From the NCBI RefSeq assembly GCF_043950625.1, contig NZ_CP171007.1: 32,000 nucleotides of DNA; one strand, 5' to 3'. Numbering within the stretch: the stretch's first letter is position 1; every line of letters starts with the position of its first letter. Below the pieces are notes generated by a model that was not told the DNA's origin, ran no database searches, and was given only the letters and a program-made list of their open reading frames with translations. Both the position numbers and the translations under genes were made by a program. The DNA comes from Alkanindiges sp. WGS2144. Its GTDB lineage: Bacteria > Pseudomonadota > Gammaproteobacteria > Pseudomonadales > Moraxellaceae. Positions 1 through 8,405 of this stretch are shown here, piece after piece.

Positions 1-120
1 CTTTGTTTATAAAAGACACGGTGCTGCTGATATTGCAAGGTCTGATTAAAAAAACCCTACAGCACACTTACAACTTCTCTATCCTGTTGCCCTGTTTTAC
101 CTCTACCCAAAAATAAAAAA

Positions 121-141
121 GCCAGCTTTTAAATAGCTGGC
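121..141. terminator. Hairpin GCCAGC-N9-GCTGGC; candidate bidirectional terminator 3' of purU
   Basis: A perfect 6-bp GC-rich inverted repeat is read at 121-126 and 136-141. It is preceded by AAAAATAAAAAA and followed by TCTCGTTTT. It lies just downstream of the minus-strand purU stop. Confidence 0.4.
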
Positions 142-163
142 TCTCGTTTTAGACGAGAATTGA

Positions 164-1024
164 TCAATCAAATACAATGGTTTTATTGCCATGCACAATC
201 ACACGGTCTTCCAGATGCCAACGCACCGCACGCGCCAGTACGTTACGCTCTACGTCCTCACCCAGCTCACGTAAGTCCGCCACACTGTAGCGATGGCTTA
301 CCCGTTCTACATCCTGCTCAATGATTGGCCCCTGATCCAGCTCGGCAGTAACATAGTGTGCGGTCGCTCCAATTAGCTTGACACCCTTATCATAGGCTTG
401 TCGGTATGGATCAGCGCCCACAAATGCTGGCAGGAAAGAATGGTGGATATTAATGACCTTCATGGGCCATTTATCAACGAACTCGCAGCTTAAAATCTGC
501 ATATAGCGTGCCAGTACCAAAAGGTCATTACCGGCCATGATTTCATGAATCTGGCTTTCTGCTTCAGCCTTGTTGTCCTTGGTGACTTTAATCACAGTAT
601 ATGGAATGCCAAAACCTTCTACCGCTTCACGCAGATCCTCATGATTGCTCACCACATGGGTAATTTCACAAGGCAGCAAGCCACGGGCATGGCGCCATAG
701 CAATTCCAGCAGGGCATGGTCATATTTGGATACCAGAATACCCACTTTTTTAATATCACTGACCACGGTCAGCCGCCACTGCATGTCATAGCGGTTAGCC
801 ACTGTATCTGCAAAAGACTGGCTCAGGCTTTCACGACGGCTATCTAGCTGGTTTACTTCAAACTCAACCCGCATAAAATAGGTGCCGCCTTGTGCTTCGG
901 TTGCATACTGATCCAGCGCCGTGATATTAGCGCCCTGATGATACAAAAACCCCGAAACCGCTTGCACGATGCCAGAGCGATCAGCGCAGGTAATAGTTAA
1001 GCGTGCAGTATTCGCGGTGCTCAT
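164..1024 (-). CDS. purU: Formyltetrahydrofolate deformylase
   Basis: 286-aa ORF. The N-terminal ACT-like segment (LTITCADRSGIVQAVSGFLY) is followed by a formyltransferase core (NIHHSFLPAF, GATAHYVTAELDQGPII), which is typical of PurU. Confidence 0.93.
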   Translation of the reverse strand: MSTANTARLTITCADRSGIVQAVSGFLYHQGANITALDQYATEAQGGTYFMRVEFEVNQLDSRRESLSQSFADTVANRYDMQWRLTVVSDIKKVGILVSKYDHALLELLWRHARGLLPCEITHVVSNHEDLREAVEGFGIPYTVIKVTKDNKAEAESQIHEIMAGNDLLVLARYMQILSCEFVDKWPMKVINIHHSFLPAFVGADPYRQAYDKGVKLIGATAHYVTAELDQGPIIEQDVERVSHRYSVADLRELGEDVERNVLARAVRWHLEDRVIVHGNKTIVFD

Positions 1025-1111
1025 AGCAACCTTCCACCTATTTGTAAAATAATTAATACGAACAAAAAATTGTAGGCATTCTAGCTGCTTTTAATCGCCA
1101 CTTAAATGCTT

Positions 1112-1810
1112 TTATGCTGGTGGCTTATCAAGCGTTGCCTGAATAGACAGACTTTCAAACAATTCCGAACGGCCAATGTTGCTCAGCAGGGTATCGTAGG
1201 CTTGTCGGCTATCCCCTATCAGGTATGGCCCCTCCAAAAAGACCATCTGGCGCAAGCCCTGCCAGATCCAGCGCTCATCCATGATGCCTGCCTGGGAAAT
1301 ATGCCCGGACATATACAAAAAGTTAGTCCAGTTGGTCAGTACAATCCAGATATTAATAATTAAGGCCTCAATTTCAGAAGGCTCAATTTTCATTAGCCCA
1401 GCAGCCACAAACCCCTGATAAATTTGCTTACCCTTTTGCATCACCTGTCCGGCAAATCTGGGGTACATTTGCTTAAAATCATCATTGGTGTCCATAAAAT
1501 GATGAATATCACGGTGCAAAAAGCGGTATTTCCATAACTGCTGGCTTAAGGACTGAAAATACTGAATCTTGTCAGCTACGGTGAGTGGGCGGTCATCAGG
1601 CAGGCTTAGCAGCTCCAGCGTTTCGGCCTGATAGGTATCCATGAGTTCCCGGATAATTTCTGTTTTATTTCTAAAATGATAGTACAGATTACCCGGGCTA
1701 ATTCCCATTTCCGCTGCAATATGATTGGTGGTGACCACGCGCTCACCACGCTCATTAAATAGCGCCAGGCTAACCTGTAATATACGATCTCTTGTTTTTA
1801 ATGGCTTCAA
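1112..1810 (-). CDS. TetR/AcrR-family transcriptional regulator
   Basis: 232-aa ORF with the classic N-terminal TetR HTH (TTNHIAAEMGISPGNLYYHFRNKTEII). The start codon at 1810 is TTG. The gene is divergent from the aldehyde dehydrogenase gene. Confidence 0.9.
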   Translation of the reverse strand: MKPLKTRDRILQVSLALFNERGERVVTTNHIAAEMGISPGNLYYHFRNKTEIIRELMDTYQAETLELLSLPDDRPLTVADKIQYFQSLSQQLWKYRFLHRDIHHFMDTNDDFKQMYPRFAGQVMQKGKQIYQGFVAAGLMKIEPSEIEALIINIWIVLTNWTNFLYMSGHISQAGIMDERWIWQGLRQMVFLEGPYLIGDSRQAYDTLLSNIGRSELFESLSIQATLDKPPA

Positions 1811-1881
1811 AATATCTCATCCTACTGCATTGAATAACCGGTGGAACAAACACTGGAACCCTGCGGTTCATCAAATAGCTA

Positions 1882-1911
1882 TTGACACTTTAGAGTAATT
1901 ACTCTAAAAAT
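1882..1911 (+). promoter_or_regulatory. Candidate sigma70 promoter (TTGACA -35) overlapped by a perfect 20-bp palindrome; probable TetR operator
   Basis: TTGACA lies at 1882-1887. The perfect palindrome TTTAGAGTAATTACTCTAAA lies at 1889-1908. An A/T-rich -10-like TAAAAAT lies at 1905-1911. All sit in the 137-bp divergent tetR/ALDH intergenic region. Confidence 0.55.
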
Positions 1912-1947
1912 CAACTTATCTCTTTAAAGTTTGGCTCATGTCTTATT

Positions 1948-3399
1948 ATGAACAGCTTGTCCTCTCCTGTCAGTGCACAAAATACTCTGCCACCTGAAGT
2001 CCAGCATATGCAAACTGCGCTGGCTGCGCAAAAAGTTGCCTATTCACAAAATCCAATGCCATCAGCCCACGAGCGAATTGAACGTCTTGCCCGCTTGCGT
2101 CGCACACTGGTGAAATATCAGGATGAACTTGCCAGCGCCATCTGTGAGGACTTTGGCAACCGTTCCATTCATGAGACCAAAATTGGCGAAGTCCTCACCT
2201 GTCTTGAACATTGTACCTACTATAGCAAACACTTAACCAGCTGGATGAAGCCATCCAAGCGTCATGTGTCTGCCCTGCACCAGCCTGCCAAAGCATGGGT
2301 ACAGTATCAGCCTTTGGGCGTGATTGGTATTATGGCACCGTGGAATTATCCGCTAGTTTTGTCTGTTGGCCCACTAATTTGTGCACTGGCCGCTGGTAAT
2401 CATGCCATGCTCAAGATTTCCAGCTCCTCCAGAAATTTTGGCAAGGTGCTAGAGCGTGCCCTGGCCGAAGTCTTCCCTAGTGATCTGGTCACTGTAATCA
2501 ACGGTAGCGGTATGGTCAACGATGCATTTTGCCGCCTGAATTTTGACAAAATGATTTTTACCGGTTCCATTAACGTGGGCAAAACCGTTATGGCCGCAGC
2601 GGCTGAAAATCTGGTTCCTGTTATTTTAGAGCTGGGCGGAAAATCGCCTGCTGTAGTGCATCCGTCCATGTCATTAAAAGATGCTGCCGAACGCCTGTCA
2701 GCCGGTAAATTCTGGAATGCGGGTCAAACCTGCGTGGCGCCGGATTATCTGTTCCTGCCGCGTGGCAAAACCCATGAATTTGTCGCGCATATGCGTCATT
2801 TTGCCACCACCATGTACCCGACCCTGCGTGATAACGCTGACTACACCAGTATTATCAATGACAGGCAGTACAACCGCATTCAGGGCTATCTGGACAATGC
2901 CCGTGAGATGGGCGCCGAGGTGATTGAGTTTAACCCGGCCAATGAAGATTTGAGTGGCGTACGCAAAATAGCGCCTACCTTGCTCACCAATGTCACTGAA
3001 GACATGGACATTTGCCAGAATGAAATTTTTGGCCCATTGTTGCCAATTCTGGAATATGACAATATTGATGAAGCCATCAGCTACATCAATGCCCGCCCGC
3101 GTCCACTGGCACTGTATTATTTTGACTATAATGCAGACCGTGCCGAGTATATGGCACGGCGCACTCACTCCGGGCATTTTGGTATTAATCAAGTGCTGAC
3201 TCATGTGGCACAGGACGACCTACCATTTGGTGGCGTGGGCGCGTCCGGCATGGGCAAATATCATGGCGAGGAAGGCTTTTACAGCTTGAGTCATGCGCGT
3301 TCAGTGATGGTAAAACCGCGTTTTTATGCGCTAAAACTGATTTTGCCGCCGTTTAACAAACCAATCCACAAAATCCTGTTTAAGACCCTGTTGCGCTAA
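1948..3399 (+). CDS. NAD(P)-dependent aldehyde dehydrogenase (coniferyl-aldehyde / class-3-like)
   Basis: 483-aa ORF with ALDH signatures: ELGGKSP (catalytic Glu), GQTCVAPDY (catalytic Cys) and PFGGVGASGMG near the C-terminus. The start could be a downstream Met. Confidence 0.9.
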   Translation: MNSLSSPVSAQNTLPPEVQHMQTALAAQKVAYSQNPMPSAHERIERLARLRRTLVKYQDELASAICEDFGNRSIHETKIGEVLTCLEHCTYYSKHLTSWMKPSKRHVSALHQPAKAWVQYQPLGVIGIMAPWNYPLVLSVGPLICALAAGNHAMLKISSSSRNFGKVLERALAEVFPSDLVTVINGSGMVNDAFCRLNFDKMIFTGSINVGKTVMAAAAENLVPVILELGGKSPAVVHPSMSLKDAAERLSAGKFWNAGQTCVAPDYLFLPRGKTHEFVAHMRHFATTMYPTLRDNADYTSIINDRQYNRIQGYLDNAREMGAEVIEFNPANEDLSGVRKIAPTLLTNVTEDMDICQNEIFGPLLPILEYDNIDEAISYINARPRPLALYYFDYNADRAEYMARRTHSGHFGINQVLTHVAQDDLPFGGVGASGMGKYHGEEGFYSLSHARSVMVKPRFYALKLILPPFNKPIHKILFKTLLR

Positions 3400-3557
3400 G
3401 CGTAGCAATTCTGATCCAAACAAATAAAAAGCAGGATATGTGGCTTTTTACTTGTGCTCAGGGCGTTTTTTTGATATAAAACGCCCCTTGAATTTAATCA
3501 ACCACTTTTTTGATATGACAGGCCGTTACTACTCAGGCCTAATCAATGGAGTTCACC

Positions 3558-3794
3558 ATGTCTAAGGTTTGCCAAGTTACCGGCAAGCGTCCAGTCGTTG
3601 GCAACAACGTCTCGCACGCCAACAACAAAACCAAGCGCCGGTTCGAGCCGAACCTGCATCACCACCGTTTCTGGTTAGAAAGCGAAAAGCGTTTTGTACG
3701 CCTGCGCCTGACCACTAAAGGTATGCGTATTATCGACAAGTTGGGCATTGAGAAGGTTGTTGCTGACCTGCGTGCTCAAGGTCAAAAGATCTAA
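3558..3794 (+). CDS. rpmB: 50S ribosomal protein L28
   Basis: The sequence [39 protein letters not shown] is canonical L28. GGAG lies 6 nt upstream of ATG 3558, so the track start at 3546 is probably too long. Confidence 0.96.
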
Positions 3795-3806
3795 GGAGTC
3801 ACTATC

Positions 3807-3962
3807 ATGCGCGATAAAATTCGTCTGGTTTCTTCTGCGGGTACTGGTTATTTCTACACTACCACCAAGAACAAACGCACCATGCCTGAAAAAATGGAGA
3901 TCAAAAAATTTGATCCCAAAATCCGTCAGCATGTAATCTTTAAAGAAGCCAAAATCAAATAA
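3807..3962 (+). CDS. rpmG: 50S ribosomal protein L33
   Basis: 51-aa ORF, below the track cutoff and translated by hand: [57 protein letters not shown] at 3793-3798 precedes the ATG. It lies immediately after rpmB, as in most bacteria. Confidence 0.95.
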
Positions 3963-3978
3963 TCTGATTTTAGCAACG

Positions 3979-4013
3979 AAAAAAACGGTTCATGTGTTGA
4001 ACCGTTTTTTTTT
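3979..4013 (+). terminator. Rho-independent terminator after rpmB-rpmG
   Basis: The stem AACGGTTCA / TGAACCGTT has a short loop and is followed by a run of 9 T. Confidence 0.75.
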
Positions 4014-4136
4014 ACATTTTTTTCATTTATTTTTATTTCTCTTGCTACAATTCTTGCTCTTATCACGCTTTTCATACTGACGCCTGCATTTTTTGGTTTG
4101 GCCATTGGGTTGTGATAACGATTTACCCGGGAGATA

Positions 4137-5873
4137 ATGGTGCCGCATGAAACCGATCTGATTATTTTACTGGCTGCTGGCTTTGGCATGGCCTTGCTAT
4201 TTGGCTACCTTGCCGCACGCTTTAAACTCCCTCCCCTGATCGGTTATTTAATCGCTGGTATTATTATTAGCCCTAACACGCCAGGTATTGATGGTGACCC
4301 TGCACTTGCCAACCAGTTGGCTGAGCTGGGCGTCATGTTTTTAATGTTTGGCGTGGGGATGCACTTTTCGTTGTCAGATTTGCTGGCCGTGCGCCGTATC
4401 GCCCTGCCCGGTGCCATGTTGCAAATTACGGTAGCAACCTTAATGGGCATGGCACTGACCTTATGGTGGGGCTGGAGTCTTGGTGCTGCGCTGGTATTTG
4501 GCTTAAGCCTGTCCTGTGCCAGCACCGTGGTATTGCTAAAAGCTTTAGGTGACCGGGGTTTGCTTGACTCGGTCAATGGCCGCATTGCTGTAGGCTGGCT
4601 TTTGGTAGAAGACTTGGTGATGGTACTGGTGCTGGTACTACTACCGGCAATGGCAGCTTTGCTAGGCGGGGTGGTACCCTCAGCACAAGGTGACGCTGCC
4701 GAGCATAATATCTGGCTAACCCTGATTCTTACCCTGCTTAAGGTAACTGCCTTTATCGCCTTCATGCTGATTGTAGGCAAGCGCCTGATTCCCAAAATTA
4801 TGCTACTCGTGGCGCGTATCGGCTCACGGGAGCTATTTACCTTAACTGTTGTGGCTTCTGCGGTTAGTATTGCTTATGGCTCCTATGCGCTGTTTGGCGT
4901 ATCCATGGCATTAGGTGCATTTTTTGCCGGTATGGTGGTTAAGGAGTCGGACTTTAGCCGTCGGGCGGAGGAAGAAACCCAGCCTTTGCGTGAGATTTTT
5001 TCCATTCTGTTTTTTGTATCAGTGGGTATGCTGTTTGATCCCAGCATTGTGCTAGACCAGCCCCTACAAATTCTGGGGGTGGTTGCCATTATCATGCTGG
5101 GTAAAACCCTGGCTGCCATGGCACTGGTGCTGTTTTTTCGCTATCCACTCAACACGGCCTTAACAGTTGGGGCCAGCCTGGCACAAATCGGTGAATTTTC
5201 ATTTATTCTTGCAGCACTGGGTTTATCTTTAAAACTCATCACTCCCGAAGCACAAAACCTGATTCTGGCCGCAGCGCTCATTTCAATTAGTCTGAACTCA
5301 TTTATGTTTACTGCGGTTGAGCCGGTTCAGCGCTGGGTTCGTTCACGCTCACAGTTGGCGCGCCTATTGGAGCGTAGCAGTGATCCGCTGGCCATGCTGC
5401 CTGATGAAGTGGATCAGGCTTACCTAAAAAATCAGGTAGTGATTGTGGGCTATGGGGAAGTTGGCCGCCGTATTAGTCAGGCCTTGCAAGCTCAGCACAT
5501 TAAGGTGGTAATTGCTGAGGAAAACCGCGAAATTGTCGAAGATCTACGTCATCAGGGCGTTGCTGCGGTGTCAGGTGATGCCAGCGAACCTGCCGTACTG
5601 ATTCAGGCACATATTATGCACGCCAGCATGCTGGTGGTTTCCCCTATGGATATTCTGTACGTGCGGCGTATGGCCGAAATTGCCCGGCAATTAAATCCTA
5701 CTATTGAAATTATGCTATGCGCTGAAAGTATTGAAGAAGCCAGTGTACTGGAGCAGGAAGATATTGGACAGGTGTATTATGCCAAGTCAGAAATGGCGTC
5801 TAATATGACTCATCATATCCTGTTTCAAATGGGTTTGGATGAACGTAGCCTGTCTGCAAAAGCGCACCACTAA
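4137..5873 (+). CDS. ybaL: CPA2-family monovalent cation/H+ antiporter with C-terminal RCK/TrkA-N domain (YbaL/KefB-like)
   Basis: 578-aa polytopic membrane ORF that is colinear with E. coli YbaL as I recall it (LAELGVMFLMFGVGMHFS, IAVGWLLVEDLVMVLVL, SRELFTL, LFFVSVGMLFDP, LAQIGEFSFIL). The C-terminus has a VVIVGYGEVGRR Rossmann motif. Confidence 0.9.
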   Translation: MVPHETDLIILLAAGFGMALLFGYLAARFKLPPLIGYLIAGIIISPNTPGIDGDPALANQLAELGVMFLMFGVGMHFSLSDLLAVRRIALPGAMLQITVATLMGMALTLWWGWSLGAALVFGLSLSCASTVVLLKALGDRGLLDSVNGRIAVGWLLVEDLVMVLVLVLLPAMAALLGGVVPSAQGDAAEHNIWLTLILTLLKVTAFIAFMLIVGKRLIPKIMLLVARIGSRELFTLTVVASAVSIAYGSYALFGVSMALGAFFAGMVVKESDFSRRAEEETQPLREIFSILFFVSVGMLFDPSIVLDQPLQILGVVAIIMLGKTLAAMALVLFFRYPLNTALTVGASLAQIGEFSFILAALGLSLKLITPEAQNLILAAALISISLNSFMFTAVEPVQRWVRSRSQLARLLERSSDPLAMLPDEVDQAYLKNQVVIVGYGEVGRRISQALQAQHIKVVIAEENREIVEDLRHQGVAAVSGDASEPAVLIQAHIMHASMLVVSPMDILYVRRMAEIARQLNPTIEIMLCAESIEEASVLEQEDIGQVYYAKSEMASNMTHHILFQMGLDERSLSAKAHH

Positions 5874-5886
5874 AACGACCCTCAAC

Positions 5887-5918
5887 AAAAAAGCGCTTTA
5901 TGATCAACGCGCTTTTTA
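5887..5918. terminator. Bidirectional hairpin terminator between convergent genes
   Basis: AAAAAAGCGC ... GCGCTTTTT: the stem AAGCGC/GCGCTT (5891-5896 and 5909-5914) is flanked by an A-run on one side and a T-run on the other. Confidence 0.6.
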
Positions 5919-5983
5919 TCGGGTAGTAACACTTTATCTCTCTGCCCAGCTATTTTTCACCAGAGCCATAAGCTTATAAAGCT

Positions 5984-6265
5984 TTAGCTATAGTGAGCAG
6001 GCTCTACATCAAATACTTCAGCATGCCAGCGAGCAGACTGCTGCTCCATCATTAGATAAATGGCAGACTGAATCATATGCTGGCCCAGCACTTGCACATG
6101 GTCGCCCAACACCGCTTGCACCTGATCAGAGAACTTGATACTCACTAATGGATCGTTATCACTACCGGCTGGACGTAATACCAGTTCACCATCATTAAGT
6201 TGTACCAGCTCCAGAACAGTTTCGGTCGATTTAAGTAATTGTTTAATTTTTTCAATTGAAGCCAT
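5984..6265 (-). CDS. Small hypothetical protein (93 aa)
   Basis: Open frame on the minus strand. The start was chosen at ATG 6265 because GGAGG lies 5 nt upstream; the track start at 6337 has no such site. I recognise no motif. Confidence 0.55.
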   Translation of the reverse strand: MASIEKIKQLLKSTETVLELVQLNDGELVLRPAGSDNDPLVSIKFSDQVQAVLGDHVQVLGQHMIQSAIYLMMEQQSARWHAEVFDVEPAHYS

Positions 6266-6415
6266 GATTACCTCCGCAAGCAAACACTCGGCTGGTGTCA
6301 ATATGCTGTTAAGCCCGGCGCTTAGCATGTAGAACAAACTGACTATTTACCTAGTAACAATGCGATCAATGGCAGCAATTTTCAAGGGTTAATACGATTT
6401 TTTGCGCAAATTTTG

Positions 6416-6922
6416 CTAAAACTCCACCATTTCGTTGCGAAAACCTTCAATGAGCTGCAATAACTCACGATGCCATTCCCGTAAGATCTGCACATCAGGT
6501 AACCAGGCTTGCGGGCTTTGGGTCACCTTAATAATAAGAGTGGCTGAGGCTTCATCTTCGGGCGTAGGGAGCGCGGGTTCAGGTGCATACTGGCAACTGG
6601 CATAAGCACGATTAAGCCCGGCCAGAAAGCCTTGTTGCGATAGCTGCTCTAAAATAGTGACTTCAGGCGAAACCTGCTCATGGCTGGCCATTTCTTCCCG
6701 GATGCTTTTTAGGGTAGGTTGTGTATTATTTAGCCGGTAGTAACGCGTTAATTCCTGCAAAAATGCCAGCACTGCGCCTTGCAAGTGAAACACGGCTGCT
6801 TCACGCTCCCCTTGCGCTTCTTGCATATTGTCAGTTTTTTCTGCCTGTTGGCAGGCCAGCCTTGCAAAATACAGCTTCTGGTTAGTGCGGTCAGCATGAT
6901 AACGGGCAACACGTGACATCAT
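6416..6922 (-). CDS. Hypothetical protein (168 aa from the MMSRVARYH start)
   Basis: Long minus-strand ORF. The longest start (6991) would run across the divergent NMO promoter and RBS, so the internal ATGATG at 6922/6919 is preferred. I recognise no domain. Confidence 0.6.
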   Translation of the reverse strand: MMSRVARYHADRTNQKLYFARLACQQAEKTDNMQEAQGEREAAVFHLQGAVLAFLQELTRYYRLNNTQPTLKSIREEMASHEQVSPEVTILEQLSQQGFLAGLNRAYASCQYAPEPALPTPEDEASATLIIKVTQSPQAWLPDVQILREWHRELLQLIEGFRNEMVEF

Positions 6923-7005
6923 ATATTCTCTGGCTAAAGCAGATATAATAATTTGAATTGCGCCACCACAATAGTAGTTTTTATTTTTCATTTTGGGGAA
7001 ATCTT

Positions 7006-8073
7006 ATGCGTACTCGCCTGACCGAGCTTTTGGGCATTGAATATCCAATTGTATTGCCCGGCATGAGCTGGATATCCACGCCTGAACTGGTGGCAGCAGT
7101 AAGTAACGCCGGTGGCCTTGGAATTTTGGCCTTGGGTCCGCTCAATGTAGAGGAAACCCGTGCAGCAATTTTAAAAATTCGCAACCTGACCAATAAGCCC
7201 TTTGGTGTAGGTTGTACCCTCATGATGCCGGGTGCCCGGGAAAATGCCGAAGTCGCTTTGGAGTTAAAGGTTCCGGTGATTAATTTTTCCCTGGGCAAAG
7301 GTGACTGGCTGATCCAGCGCTGCCATGCTTATGGTGGCAAGGTGATTGCTACAGTGACCACGGCCAGGCATGCGCTGGCAGCACAGGAACAAGGCGCTGA
7401 TGCCATTATGGCAACAGGACACGAAGCAGCTGCACATGGAGGTGAGGTAACTTCACTGGTACTGGTGCCAGCTTTAGTCGATACAGTTAAGGTTCCGGTC
7501 ATTGCCTGTGGAGGGTTTGCTGATGGACGCGGCTTACTGGCCGCACTTGCTCTGGGCGCCTCAGGCGTTGCCATGGGTTCACGGTTTGCTACCTGTCAGG
7601 AAAGCCCGGTGCATCAGCAGACCAAGCAGGCGGTACTGGTCAAAGACCAGCACCAGACCATTTATTCATCCAATTTTGATGGCCTGCCGGCACGCTACAT
7701 GCAAACCTCCACGGCGATTAAACTCACTCAAAAACCCATGAACTTTTTTGCGGCAGCCTGGCAAGCGATGCTGGCGGCAAGGCAATTAAATATTTCTATC
7801 TGGAAAATTCTGGCGGGATTGGTGGCTGAACCCGCCAAGGTACGTCTGCTTGCCTATTTTGGGGCTGCAACCCCACGACTTAAAGCCGCTACCGAGCAAG
7901 GTGATCTTGACACGGGCATGCAGTTTATTGGTCAGTCACAGGGGTTAATCCATGATATACCTTCGGCCAAAATACTGATTGAACGTATCATTACGCAGGC
8001 TGTTCAGCAAAGTCAGCAGCTTCAGCAGGAGATTCTTTTACCGCAGTCTACAGACATTTCACCAACCCGCTAA
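7006..8073 (+). CDS. Nitronate monooxygenase / 2-nitropropane dioxygenase family (FMN TIM barrel, FabK-like)
   Basis: The N-terminus MRTRLTELLGIEYPIVLPGMSWIS and the motif GGFADGRGLLAALALGASGVAMGSRF are typical of the NMO family. GGGGAA lies upstream of ATG 7006. Confidence 0.85.
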   Translation: MRTRLTELLGIEYPIVLPGMSWISTPELVAAVSNAGGLGILALGPLNVEETRAAILKIRNLTNKPFGVGCTLMMPGARENAEVALELKVPVINFSLGKGDWLIQRCHAYGGKVIATVTTARHALAAQEQGADAIMATGHEAAAHGGEVTSLVLVPALVDTVKVPVIACGGFADGRGLLAALALGASGVAMGSRFATCQESPVHQQTKQAVLVKDQHQTIYSSNFDGLPARYMQTSTAIKLTQKPMNFFAAAWQAMLAARQLNISIWKILAGLVAEPAKVRLLAYFGAATPRLKAATEQGDLDTGMQFIGQSQGLIHDIPSAKILIERIITQAVQQSQQLQQEILLPQSTDISPTR

Positions 8074-8405
8074 ACGCTAAATCGTCCTTGTCTGATCCAT
8101 AGGCAATGTACATTAAATCTTTAAGCTCCCTGATCAGGTCATTCTTACGGTTAAGCTGATCAGGTTTGCATATTTTAAAATAACAAAATTATCAGCTTGC
8201 ATGCACAACCCTCTTCTATTGTTACTTTTTTTACCACCTAGCTAAAAAAGCGCACAATTTAACCATCGAGCCGGAAATATTTTTATATCAATTTATTAGA
8301 TAGTTAATGATGAACAAGTAACAAGGCTGGTCCAGGGCAACCAGGAGCGTGACCAGTTCTTACAGTAGTCAGAATTTACATTGATAACTAATACTGGAGA
8401 ATACC

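Noticed and set aside
1-48. A possible 3' end of an upstream plus-strand gene at the window edge (frame ending TAA at 46-48).
   Set aside because: Only about 15 codons are visible, which is too short to support any call.
1106-1363. 85-aa plus-strand ORF overlapping the 3' end of the TetR gene.
   Set aside because: It is fully antisense to a well-supported TetR CDS. It has no RBS and no recognisable motif.
2400-3204. Several ORFs antisense to, or out of frame with, the aldehyde dehydrogenase gene (2400-2669, 2681-2923, 2698-3204, 2886-3077, 2990-3199). Similar shadow ORFs lie inside ybaL, the NMO gene, the OmpA-family gene, hemF, dxs, topA, uup and others.
   Set aside because: They lie entirely within long ORFs that have clear family signatures. 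They show low-complexity, Arg/Ser/Pro-rich or otherwise non-protein-like composition, as expected for shadow frames in moderately GC-rich coding DNA.
6958-7005. N-terminal extension of the NMO ORF (MRHHNSSFYFSFWGNL) overlapping the divergent upstream gene.
   Set aside because: The internal ATG at 7006 has a purine-rich RBS and begins the conserved MRTRLTELLGIEYPI N-terminus. The extension would overlap the neighbouring gene and promoter region.
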